A DNA stretch of 50,002 bases, the filler included, from Jimgerdemannia flammicorona (Eukaryota): NCBI GenBank assembly GCA_003990765.1. It is 2 parts of 2 records of this genome, joined end to end, with 100 filler letters (N's around TTAATTAATTAA, not from the genome) between each part and the next. Parts side by side here need not be neighbours in the genome. Positions count along the whole stretch, not along the records: positions 1 to 24,953 come from RBNJ01000900.1; 1 more part is not named here. One strand, 5' to 3'. Within the stretch, counting starts at the first letter, position 1, and every line of letters starts with the position of its first letter. The translations under genes and the position numbers were made by a program. Below, in pieces: positions 1 to 12,063 of this stretch. The notes under the pieces are model-generated. The model saw only the letters and a program-made list of their open reading frames with translations, was not told the DNA's origin and did not search any database.

Positions 1-380
1 CCCCCAGCCACTGCCCCTCCAGCCCCTACGCTCGCACCCCCAGCCTGGGGACCTCCCCCCCTCCCAAGGCTCGCCTTGCCCTTCCCCACAGCAGCACCAG
101 CCCTGTCTCCAGCAGGCCAACCACTCCCCTTCACCTTGTCAGCAAAGCTCGAGGGACCAGCCTTTCTGCCAACACCACCTGTTGCCAGTCCTCCTCGAGA
201 GCCCTCACCACCATTCGACCCTCCAAAGGCCCCCATCCCCAGGCCATAACCCCTACCCACTTGCTGCCAGCCGAAAGCCCCAGCTCCCCCCGACCCAGTA
301 CGCCCGTCGGAACTCTTGCTTGAAGACATATTGCTAGTACCTTTACTCCTAGTTGTGTCGAGAACTGTTGCTTGAAGGTT
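1..380 (-). mobile_element. Probable 5' end (UTR and ORF1 start) of a LINE, running off the window
   Basis: G-rich minus strand like the LINE at 46.4-50 kb. ATG at 329-327 is followed by Gly-rich coding with an SFADKVKG motif reminiscent of LINE ORF1 N-termini. The frame appears broken. Confidence 0.35.
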
Positions 381-382
381 TG

Positions 383-1413
383 TGTAACGTGAATTGTACA
401 GGAGAAAGGTGCCCTGATAGGAAACCTCCTCTATCAGGAGTTCTCACAGGCCAGCCCCCAAGAGTTATAAGATACCACTTCCATGGATATATGCAAAGCA
501 AGAATAGCTAAGAAGATCCATCAGATCTTCAGATATATACCATGGTCAATCTCCAACTTGGAGTATGTTAGAGTCTCAGATTTCAGAGACCTGTCATCCT
601 GCCATATCAATGCACTAGAAACCAGGGTAGCTACAGAAGCCCAGTCCACTATCACCCTCAATAGTAATAAAGTAGAAGACTTCTGGCATCCCATCCTTCA
701 GAACAACCCAGACCAATTCCTATAAGGATTGATCTCAGTATTCCAAGGCCCAAGCATCCAGATTAGACCTCTCCAAGATCCCACATTTGTTCCCTATTTC
801 ATGGAAGAGAACCTCATAGACTGGAGAGCCCCAGACCTCCTTCCCGCTGCTGAACATGATGATGACGAATTCGCGGATCTCATCTCCTTCAGTGATAATG
901 AGGATGAAGCCTCCATGGTCCTGAACATTCTGCTCTAAGTCCCTTGTTACACTGAATTATGCCAGCACCAGCATTCTGATGTAACACTGAATTATACCAG
1001 CACCAGCATTCTGATATATAATACTAAATTATACCAGCATCCTGAACCTATATAACCATCAGTGCCAACCCTGAAACTTAGCAGTTTTTCCTGTTCTGGC
1101 ATTTTATTTTAGTTATTGGAATTTATATTTAGCTTTATATCTTAGCAACCATTGAATTATATTTTGTATAAATACCCCTCTTATTTCCTCTGAAATAAAG
1201 TCAGTCCATTTTTAGTCAAGTTCACTTACACACACTTCTTTGTAAGCAATCTAAGAGATAACAAGACAGTTAAAGATAAGAAGTTTGAGGACTATAAGAT
1301 CTTGGGAAGACACTCTAATAAGAACTTGCTTATAACAAACTTGAGTTAGTCTAAGAGATATACCTTGAAGAGAATCTGGCATATTTGAAGGACTCAGTAA
1401 CCACTACATAACA
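383..1413 (+). mobile_element. Solo LTR, shorter variant of the Gypsy LTR at 14121/21343
   Basis: Starts TGTAAC and ends ...CCACTACATAACA. From ~417 it is colinear with 21810-22857 (TATA-like GTATAAATACCCC, AATAAA, ~35-bp U3 repeats at ~948-1040). No TSD recognised. Confidence 0.9.
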
Positions 1414-2520
1414 ATATATATAAGCTATAGAAAATATGGTTATCAAGAGGATTAGGGTCTTACTAATTCTCAAAAAAGGCCTTGATCTGAGTTCAGTTAG
1501 TCATAATGGACCCTGTACCTCAAGGTACTCACATAAACTTTAATTTTTTTTTTACAGCCAAATTGGTATATCTCAGTAACAAGAATTAGCCACAATCTGC
1601 TCCACAGGCTCTCATGTGGGCCTGAGTTATTATCAACTGCTGTATAACTGTGTGAGTGATCATATGGTTGTCTGAAAGAATATTTCATTGATTTGGTAAT
1701 ACCAAACTTATAGAGCACATGATCATTTGGCCTTGGGTGTATGACCAGAGTTGGCCTAATTAGAAATTCACCAATGATAATTTTTGTAAATATATATTAT
1801 ATAGAATACTCTCAACATATCCAGTGGCAAAATATTTGATCATTATATAACTAACTATTCTGAACCACCTAGTTACCAATGGTAAATTTCAATAAAGAAA
1901 TCAAATCTCAGTCTGGGCACACAATCAGATGATCTATTTGGGTTGGGCTAACCCATTCAGATTGTTTGTGGAATGGTGAGTATTTGTGTATATCAGTAAA
2001 AGATATTCTGTATATAATATAGAGAGTGATATATATATATTTAGAGATTTATAGATTCAGAATACTAGATCCATAATTTTGAAATTATATATATATAATT
2101 ATAAAATAATTAGATAGTAAGCAGATTAAAGATCTGTAATTATAATATGATTAGGTCTGGGCTTTAGGTAATACAAGATCTAAGATAGAAAGAGTAGAAT
2201 TGGTGGAAATTATAATTGTACTAACCAATTGTACTATATTGTACTTTAGTCTATCCAATCTAGTCTTAAATTGCACTATCAGATGGTACTATTAATTATT
2301 AACTTTATAGAAAGGGGTGAGAATTATAATTGCACTAATGAATTAAAATTGCACTCTAGTATATCTATTCCAGCCTAAAATTGCACTATTTTCTTAATTA
2401 TAAATACTCATAGATTTCTTCCTAAATCTGATCCATCTCAACCAGATTCCTTCTCCTGACCTATCTCAATCAACCCAATATATATCCAAATAAATAAATT
2501 TTACAATTACATCTTGTATA

Positions 2521-5516
2521 TAAATATAAACAAATTCTTATCAAATCCACCCATCTGTAAGATATTGCTCCAATCTGCCTGTACAGAACACAGAGCCACT
2601 CATTGTTACTGAGGATAAACTGGTGATCAATATAATGATTAAAATGTCTTCTACATTATATTTTGCATATAAATATAAACAAAATCTTACCAAGTCTACC
2701 CATCTGCAGGATGCTGCTACCTTTCCTGATTTGTATGTATAGAATACAGCACCACCCATTATTACTGAGAATAAACTGATGATTGATACAATGATTGAAA
2801 TATCCACCACTATTATACTTCTACAGATTACTGCTACCCCTTCTGATATTATAACCAATACATATGAACCACCTATTAGCAATAATGGTAAACTGATTGA
2901 CCTATATGATATAGCCATATCTTTAAATATTGTACAGGCTATAGAGTTACCTATCTCTCTGAATCTATATATACAGAATATAGAATCTCTATAGAATACA
3001 GAGCCATTCATAGTTACTGAGGATAAACTGATGATTGATGCTACTCTATCTGATATTATAACTAATACACATAAATCACCTATTAGCAATAATGGTAAAC
3101 TAATGATTGATACTATGATTGAACTACCAGTCATTACTATCAATCTGCATAATATAGCTATATCTTCAAATATCAAGATTAATTGGGCCAACATATCAGA
3201 AATATATAAACAGGCCACAGAGTTATATATTGTAAATAAGGATGAATGGGCAACTAATACTATAGTCAAGTATGAATGGGAAACCAATGCTATGATTGAG
3301 GATGAATATGTAACCAATGCTATAATTGAGGATAAATGGGTAACCAATACTATAGTTAATGATGAATGGGAAACCAATGCTGTAGTCAAAGGTGAATAGG
3401 AAACCAATGTTATAGTTACAGATAAATGGATAATCTATACTATGGCTGAGGTATCTACTATTATATCTCCTCCATGAAATATTACCACTCTTTCAAATGA
3501 TTGAATTCATTGATCTGACCAGCAGCAGCAAGAGGTATCAGAACCTATTATAGAGCTATTGATGGTATATCTGTGACTGATACCTACCTATAAGATGTAG
3601 CTACTCATGATCAATCTGACCATAATATCACTGAGCTGCCAATTGTCAATACAAGTAAATATGTAATTGATATCATAATTAACAAACTTTCATATCTCAT
3701 CAAAGTGCTGGTCCAGTGGCAATTAGATCCCAAAATAGTCATTGGAGAATATATGGCTGGTAGAGTTATTATATGTAATAATGAGTGGATGCTGCTCCAT
3801 GAGGCCACTAAACTAGGAGATCTCAAACTTATTACCATTTTGGTTATAGAACTCAAGGCCAATATCAATCATCAAGAGTATAATGAAATGATACTACTGT
3901 ATGTTGCAGTAGAGAACAATCACCCTGAGGCTGTAGAAATGCTCTATACTATATATGATACTGATATAGAAATTAGAGATCAGTAATATCAAACAATACT
4001 GCAACTGGCAATAGATAGAGAATACTATGAGATAATTAAAATACTCTGCAAAATATTTAGGACTGTGCAGGAAGAAATCAATTCTGCACTCATCTCAGCT
4101 ATTCAAAATAATGACCTCAATATATTTACAGTTCTGATATATAATTGTGGTATTGATCTCATTGAACATAGTAATAATATAGTACTATGACATATAGCAG
4201 CCAGTTTAAACAAAAATGATGACTTTATCTAAATATTTAGAAGTAGAGGAGTAGTATGCATATATTCCAAAACTACCTACAATACAATGGTTGAAAGAGT
4301 TCTATATTTCATAGAATGGCTGAACTGGAGATATAAACAGGATTTAATTATACATTCTGAGGCAATTATTATGAAATATGAGATTTATGAAATTATGTAC
4401 TATAATAGATACTGGACAGTACTACATGAAGCTACCCTACTGGGAGATCTCAACCTTATAGAGAATCTTATTATTGGTCTCAGGTCTAATGTCAACCTGT
4501 AGAGATATGATAAAATTACAGCACTGCATATTGCAGTGGAGCATAATTATTCTGAAGTTGTAAGAATACTCTATGCTAGGTTTGGTGCTGATATTACAAT
4601 CAGGGATTGGTATAATCAAATAGTACTATAATTGGCAATAGATAAAAGACACCACTAGATAATTTGTATGCTATATAATCTGTTTGGAGCTATACAAGAG
4701 AATATCAATTCAACACTCATATCTACTATACTAAATGATGATCACAATATATTCAGAGTCTTGGTAAATAATTGTAGTACCAACACTAGTTAATATAATA
4801 ATGATATAGTCCAATTATATATTCAAAAACATTCTGTCCTTATTGCTGAATTGCAAGAACCAGTTGTAGAGGTATCTATTGATAATGAACTTGCTATTAA
4901 TACTATAATTGAAAGACTTCTATATCTTATCAAAATACTGATCCAGTGGTTATTGGACTCCAGAATAGTCATTATGGAATATATGGCAGATCGAATAGTA
5001 ACCACAAATATTAGACACTGCTCTATAGTGCCAACATATTGGGAGATCTTAAACTCATTGAGATATTTGTTACTTATCTCAAGGCTAATATCAATCTGCA
5101 GGGATATAGTAGAATAATACCACTATATATTATAGTGGTGAAAAATCATCCAGAGGTTGTAAGAATGCTTTGTGCTAGATTCAATACTGATATTAGGATC
5201 CTAGATTGGAGGAACTAAACAGCATTACAACTGGCAGTAGATGGAGGACATCATGAGATAATTTGGATGCTCTATAATTTATTTGGAACTATATAGGAAG
5301 ATATCAACTCTACACTCATCTCTGCAATACTACACAATGACCTTGATATATTTAAGATCCTGGTGCTGGAGTGTGGTACTGATATTAATAAATAGTGTTC
5401 TATAATGGAGTACTTCTATCAATTATGACATATATTCTATTTATGAAAGAGCATAGTGACTTTTATTATATATTCCTTAAATTATCTGATAATACTATAG
5501 ATGATTATCATTTCTG
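2521..5516 (+). pseudogene. Degenerate intronless ankyrin-repeat gene with a repetitive N-terminus
   Basis: Three tandem modules (~3640, ~4290, ~4850) with ankyrin motifs (WMLLHEATKLGDLKLITIL..KANIN; TALHIAVEHNYSEVVRIL). Many in-frame stops are explained by C>T or G>A. Confidence 0.8.
3241..3450 (+). repeat. 30-bp coding tandem repeat (~7 units, DEWETNAIVK-like decapeptide)
   Basis: GATGAATGGG.AAC.AAT.CTAT.GT.AA units, visible in ORF 3031-3399. Confidence 0.85.
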
Positions 5517-5912
5517 AGTAAGAATAGATTGGCTACAATAACTAGTGCTCTGAATGGATGAAGTTGATCCAAATGAGATTCAATTCAGATTCATCATGTG
5601 ATGGATTTGAATCAACTCAGATTGGTCTCATGATCTGATCTGGATTGATCTAGATTGATCTGGATTGATCCATCTAGATTGATTCATTTGGATTGAAATC
5701 TTTGATAATATCACCCTTTCTTTTGTTCATTTTCACTCTTGTTTTTTTTTCCTACTACACTTTGATGATATCACCCTTTCTTTTGTTCCCTCTCTTCTTT
5801 TGTTTCTTTGTTCTTTTTCTTTATTCTTTTTTCTTTCCTACTGCATCACAAGCAAACAAAACAGCAACCCTTAATCATATGTTGGTCCAGTCTACTCATT
5901 TTTTACTCTGTA

Positions 5913-7910
5913 ATGATCATCAAAAGAGGGAGTATTCAAGGTGAAAACACACTCTCTGCTGACAATGTTAGATTCTTTCTTATTTAGGCAGTACACAAGT
6001 TGCTCATCAAGAGCCAAAGAGGTGATAGCAATGGTGATGGTGGTGGTGATGGCAGGGATGAGAGAGAATTCCAGCAACAACTCACAGCAGTCCTTTGGAT
6101 CTTGGAATTCACAGATCTCAGCTATGTACATGGTAGCCTTTTTGGAGCAGCTAATAGTAGATATAGGTTGCTCACTCTACCACCACTTATTTACTTATAT
6201 TTATTTAAATTTCCCCAGCATGACTCAATTCACCTCATGCTTTTCTTAGGGTCCGCAGCTCTACAGCAAGATCTGCCAACTTTATTTGCAACATCTGATC
6301 AAGATAAAGAAAGGCTGGTGGATGTTGTGGGGTATGCCTTTGGTGGCTGAGCTGTTGAGTCAATATATTATGTAGTAGAGGTCTCAAAAGGAACAGAAGC
6401 AAGCCTTCATGAGCAATCTTGTGCAACTCATGCAACTCGTACAACTCATCAGTATGTAACTTATTAGCATGCAACTCACTCTCTCACTCACTCATACTCT
6501 TTTTCTGAAATACCCATCTCTGTGTTTTATTTAACTTTATTTTTTACATGGTCTCTCTCTAAAAAACACCCACACCCACATACAACCCATCTACATACAA
6601 CCCATCTACATGCAATCCACCCACATACAATCTGTCTGCATATAACCTGTCCACACACAATCCATCCACATGCAACCCATCTATATACTTATCTCAGTCC
6701 CTCAGATCAGGGCTCAGTTCCATTGAAAAGGAGAGTTCAAAGTTACCCAAGTTCAACCATGTCTGGCATCTGATCAAATAGAGAAATTTGAGAGCAAGAT
6801 ATTCAGCATAAGTAGTACCAGCATCATCATCAAGGCTTGGGGGTCTATATTCAAATCAGAGCCAATCGTTCTTGACTAAGGAGTCTATTGGCCAGCAGGA
6901 GTAACCAATGATGAAGATAACTATATCATTATTAACAAATGTGGAGAGGTGGTTGCAATGGTGGTAAGGAATCTCTATGGTGACGAGCTTCACTGCCACA
7001 TCAATGAGATTTGCAAGAATTATATCAAATATTGAGTGACAGGAAAGAGGGGGTGAAAAAAGCAAGGAGGGGGGGGTTTGGATGGAAATTGGATATACTG
7101 CAACATTGGTGAAGGGTGGGTTCTAGAGTTCTGAAATCCCCTACTTTTTTTTACTCCTCTCCAGATAATCACACTCTTTACTAACATACTCTTTTTTGAT
7201 ACAATTTCAGAGAGGCACAAGATTCTATACCTCTACTGGAACTTTTAAAGTACTGTTGAAGAGCAAACTACATGTGAGCATGATATGGTCTGTGTGGTGA
7301 TAGTGGCTATGATCTGGGGTTCTTTGAGCAGATTGGTAGAGCATATGGCAGACCAGCTTGGTAGTGATCTTGGTATGGCTGTATGTATATTCTTGGCACA
7401 ATTTAGTATGCTATATGAGATGAGGAGTTCTGCTTTATTTGGGTGCTACAGCCTGGGGGGTTTCTGCCCCCCTATATGTAAAAAGGACTGACCAGATACT
7501 ATCCATCTAGCAGGTTTCCAAGCTGGGGCTCCTGGGGCTGGACCAAGGGCAGGCATCCACCAGCACAGCCTGACAGTATGAGGTCCTGGGCCAAGGGTTC
7601 ACCCAATCATATACTTGTATCACATCAGAATATATCAGGCAAAATGTTTCTCTGCCCACATACATAGATAACAACATCACTCTGGTAATGTTCTACATTC
7701 TGGAAAGGAAGGGCCCAACCTGGAAGGATAGTGGCAGAGTCTGATATAACCTCACCTATTGTTTTAGGGTCCCATTTGTGGCCAATATAACTATCCTATT
7801 CCAACCACACAACTACTATAACACTGTCACTTTCAAGGAGAGCTTGAACACAATAGTCATTACATTCACAATAGATGACAGGCTCATCAAGGCCTGAAAC
7901 TGGTGAGTGG
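5913..7910 (+). pseudogene. Spliced cargo gene of the hAT; C-terminal region resembles a TET/JBP-family 2OG-Fe(II) dioxygenase (degenerate)
   Basis: Hand translation through stops and introns: IIINKCGEVVAMVVRN ... LQHW*R/RGTRFYTSTGT ... FLAQFSMLYEQVSKL ... YTCITSEYIRQNVSLPT(Y)ID ... WKDSGRV*YNL..FRVPFVANITILFQPHNY(Y)NTVT..E..TIVITFT. This follows the fungal TET/JBP pattern. The His positions read TAC/TAT (7661, 7817). The frame may extend to ~8140. Confidence 0.5.
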
Positions 7911-8140
7911 AGCAGTTTTTGTGAGGGTTAGGCAATCTTTCATGAGGGTCCAGCAGTTATTTTGTACTGGTTGAGCTGGTAGCCAGGCACCTCTTCTGTA
8001 GCACTAGTTTAGCCATTATGCTGGGCCCTACTGGCCCCTTGGCTCTGCTCTTGTAGTGCTGCTGGTGTGGTGCTGCAGTGTAGGACCAGGGTGTCTGTGA
8101 GACCCAAACTGGCGATGGGGCCCAAATATGTAGTAGACTT

Positions 8141-8320
8141 TGACTGCTAAAAGCACCCTCCAACTGCCAAAAACATCCTCTGACTGCCAGAAGCACCCTC
8201 TGACTGCCAGAAGCACCCTCTGACCACCAGAAATGTCCTCCAACTGCCAGAAGCACCCTCTGACCACCAGAAGCACCCTCCGACTGCCAGAAGCACCCTC
8301 CAACTGCCAGAAGCACTCTC
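8141..8320. repeat. 20-bp tandem repeat x9 inside the hAT
   Basis: (TGACTGCCAGAAGCACCCTC)n with transition variants. Confidence 0.95.
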
Positions 8321-8329
8321 TGATCTGAA

Positions 8330-8890
8330 CTTGGACTCCTTGGCAGCTTGGGGCTGCCCCTATGCTGTTGGTGGAGGGCTGCAAATTTTGTGTGCTCCCT
8401 CCACCAACTCTGCTGACCCCTGGCCTGGATACAGGCTGCTGGGTGGAGCTCTGCCCATCCTGGACACTTGCAGCTTAGGGCTGTCCCTTGCTGCTGGTGA
8501 AGGGCTGTAAATTTTGCACACTCTCTCCACTAACCCCATGCCCACCAACCCTGCCAACTGACCCTGCTCACTGACCCTGACCACTGACAGCTTAGAGCTG
8601 CTCCTTGCTGCTGGCAGAGGGCTGCAAATTTTGTGCACTCTCTCTGCCTACCCCCCCCCTCTACCAACCCCCTGTCCTGGATACTTGCAGCTTGGGGCTG
8701 CCCCTTGCTGCCAGCAGAGGGCTACAAATTTTGCACACTCTCTCTGCTGACCCCATACCCACCAATCTGCCCACTGACCCAGGCACTGATAGCTTGGGGC
8801 TGCCTCTTGCTGCTGGTGGAGGGCTGTAAATTTTGTATACTCCCTCTACTGCCACCAATCCTACCGACCACTGTCCCACTTGGGCTGCAA
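8330..8890. repeat. ~100-125-bp imperfect tandem repeat x5 inside the hAT
   Basis: Core CAGCTTGGGGCTG..CTTGCTGCTGGTGGAGGGCTG.AAATTTTG at ~8344, 8470, 8589, 8688 and 8790. Confidence 0.9.
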
Positions 8891-8997
8891 ACTCTGGGCT
8901 GAGTCCTCAGGTTTTTTTTCCTTTTTATTTTTAAAAGATATTAATTATTCTATAAGGCCAACCAACTTATCTGTGAACTCCCAAGACTCACTGAATT

Positions 8998-11700
8998 TTA
9001 GTGGCCTGAGCCCCACCAAGACTTCAGACATATATATGCCTAGATTGTCTCAGTATTCAGTGTATACCTCTTTGGGGCAATGAGGTCCACCTCACCTGAG
9101 AACACCCACTTGATGAGAGCACTGGAGGCAGGAATCACCAGATAGTCCCAAGCCATACCACAGACTGGAGAAGTTCATTTGATGCAGCTGCATGCCTTGG
9201 TGGATAGAGCAGTGATTATATTGGTAGATTAAATTGGTCCAATGCCTGTCTGACAACCCACCTTCTACTAGTTGAGCACCACTGTACCCTCCAGCAGGAT
9301 CATATGGTCACTGGCAAAATAAATAGTAAGTTTGTCTATTGATGGCAGCTCTTTTACTGATGGTTCCCTCTTCCTCTTTCTGCTGAAGTAAATGTGGGAC
9401 AGGAGGGATTCCTTGGTATATTCATCTGGACTTTGGCTGGAACCTTGTGGTGGTGCATAGTTTTTCCAGTATACTTCAATTACAGCCTGCTTGGTTCTCT
9501 CAATGAAGTGCTGCTCCCAGCCCTGATCTTTATGGTATTATAGCTTTAAGCATGAGTCTAGCACTGTTTGGAGAAAAGAGAGTGAGTTTTTGCAGAGGTT
9601 TCTCTGTTTTAGAAGAGGCAACAGCCACATATCAATATATCTATACTGATTGAGTATATGGCAGTATCTGTTTTGAAGTAGTATTTTCTGAGCTTGCTTA
9701 GAGCAACCTCTATGGTATCTCTCTGATCCGGGCTTAACTATAAATTACTGTAACCTTTCAGCCTATCCTTGAGCTTATCCTCTAGCCAGTCAATCAGAAG
9801 GTTGTATACTGATATTGCAGAGCTTATTGTTGGGGTCATTTGTTTGACTATATCCTTTGTATAATTGTTGAAATACTAGCAGTTATATGTAGTGAGGTAT
9901 TGCATTGTGCAGAGGCAGACAAAATAAGTTTGGAGCCAGAGCAATCACTACTTACTACCAAAACTCTGACAATATTCCTAAGTACATCTCACTTGCTTTC
10001 ATCTAGAGCCTTGCCATTTTCTTGTCAGCAGCCACTATTGAATCTATTGGCTTTTTTGTTTTTTTTTTTTAAAAAAAAAAAATCTTCAATTATCCAAAAT
10101 AAGTTGCTTCAGCCAACTGAAGAAAAAAAAGAATGCATACTACAGCAAACTCCAGTATACACTGGATCATTGCAAATATTAAGTTCCAACACATACAGAT
10201 GTCCAATATAAGCTCTTTCAGGGCTAAACTGATTGCCCTATACTGTATAGCAAATTTGTCTCATTGTTGTGTGGACAATTGAACTGATACAACCAGTTTG
10301 TATAGCTTGAAAATTATACTCAGGGCCCCTCCTCTCTTGGATGTTTTGTCTATGTGTATAAGATAGTCCTGAATAGTGAGGTTCAGTATATGGGCCTGGC
10401 ATTGCACACAGCAGCTTTCTGCACTAAAGGCTACATTTTCCTGTTTGAGACTGGCCACTAAAACTTGGAAAAATATTGAGTTGTTTGTGGTATTATTTGT
10501 CTTAATGGCCAAAATCTGTACTTGAAATATTCAGTTGACAAATTTATGTGAAAATAAATAACCAATAAAATCTGTTTTGTTTTAGGACCTCTCTCAAAAT
10601 ACTGACCTGATGGCAAGCCCCCCTTTTTTACCTTAGTTGTGATCCCAAGCTCCCAGATACAACTAATAAAAGTATCTGTGATATTGTCCCCAGAATGAGG
10701 GCCAGCAAGTTTGATAAAGTCAAGGGTGAGAGATTTAAGCTACCAATTGAGGTCAATTTAATGACTGGTAATGCCCAGAAATAAAATTGCATTGGGGAAT
10801 GTCCATGTGTCAATCATAAACAAAATTTTGCCTACTGAATTCTACTTATTGAATATAAGGTTACATTGGTGAGCTCTTTATAAAAATATATATATAATTC
10901 AGCTTACAAAGATCATAGTACTGCTCTTATTTTACCTGAAGTATCTGGCAGAGATTATCATACTCCTTCCTATAGGCCTCCAGGATATCTTTGTAAATAG
11001 TATTGGTACTTAGCAAATATAAATCATACTTGAGAAGGCCAAAGATACTATACAATTGGTCACTCTTGATAGTTGTGAATGGCTGGTCTATGCATATAAT
11101 CCAGTAAATGAGCCAATTTTGAAATTCTGCCAAAGAGTATGGCTAAATATTTTTGATTAAATGGGGTTATTAGTATAGAAATGGTCAGACAATTGGATAA
11201 ATATACCCACCACAGCTTGGATGTTGATTTTATTTGTCTTCATGTTCTTTTTGATTTTGTCAGAGTGCTTGTCTTTTATGTGTTGATATATGTTTGAAGT
11301 TATATCACAAAGCATTTTGAACTTCTGGCTGGTGCAGTTTATGGGGGTGGATGAAACAGTATCATATGTATGTCAAACAAAAGTGTCAGTTATATCAATA
11401 GGTATGTCTTAATTTTTTATCTGTAATAATTACAAATAATATCATCTTCTATCTTAGTACAATGTTACCAGATTTTGGAGTAAGAATTGCATAGAAGGTG
11501 TGGAACTATCAGGGATGTTTAACTTGAAGCATCATTGGTACTGTGAACTATTGAAGACTGATCTGTTGAAATGTGTATTTGTGTATTTGCATGTGCATGT
11601 ATATGTTTGCATGTGTGTGTATTGTATATGTAAATATGTCCAGTATATGAGTCAAGTGGAGGATTCAGATTAGAGGATTCAGTTGAAGGATTTGGATGAG
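8998..11700 (-). pseudogene. hAT transposase (BED finger, DDE core, dimerisation domain), degenerate and intron-containing
   Basis: BED-like SKIW*H (~11470) and SNIYQHIKDKH (~11280); IDTWT (~10805); KTNNTTNN (=TDNAxN); CQAHILNLTIQD; KLRKYY; LDSCLKL (=LDPRxK); C-terminal MAWDYLVIPASSALIKWVFS..DLIAPKR..L..ETI.AYICLKSWW ending TAA at 9000-8998. The start position is approximate. Confidence 0.92.
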
Positions 11701-12063
11701 GATTCAAATTGAAGAATTCAAATTGGAGGATTTGAATTGGAGGATTTGAATTGGAGGATTTGAATTGGAGGATTTGGATTGAGTAATTTGGATTGAGTGA
11801 TTTAAATTAAGTAATTCAGATTGAGTGATTCAGACTGAGTAATTTGGATTGAGTGGTTCAGATGGGGTAGTTCAGATGGGGTAATTCAGATTAATCCAAG
11901 TTGATTTAGATGGCTTCAGATTTGAGATTTGGATCAAACTGTCATGTGATGAATCAAATCTGGATTTGATTCAAATTAACTCATTCAGAGCACTAACAAC
12001 AACAATAAAACCTAATATATCCAGGACCAACCAATAATTTCACCATATCAGCTGTCTGATTTC

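Larger units (their letters stand above)
5543..11995 (-). mobile_element. hAT DNA transposon (6.45 kb) with a cargo gene
   Basis: TIR TAGTGCTCTGAATG at 5543 with its reverse complement ending at 11995. 8-bp TSD ACAATAAC (5535-5542) / ACAACAAC (11996-12003). Subterminal short repeats at ~5640-5695 and ~11690-11900. Internal hAT transposase. Confidence 0.92.

Noticed and set aside
1460..2515. Possible degenerate MITEs (weak inverted repeats at ~1717/1935 and ~2093/2512; AATTGCACTA repeats)
   Set aside because: Too eroded to define termini or TSDs.
2541..3407. 288-aa hydrophobic minus-strand ORF
   Set aside because: Antisense shadow of the repetitive N-terminus of the ankyrin pseudogene.
8330..8890. 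Conserved core plus variable spacer pattern resembling a CRISPR array
   Set aside because: The spacers are related to each other, the cores are degenerate, the context is a eukaryotic TE, and there are no cas genes.
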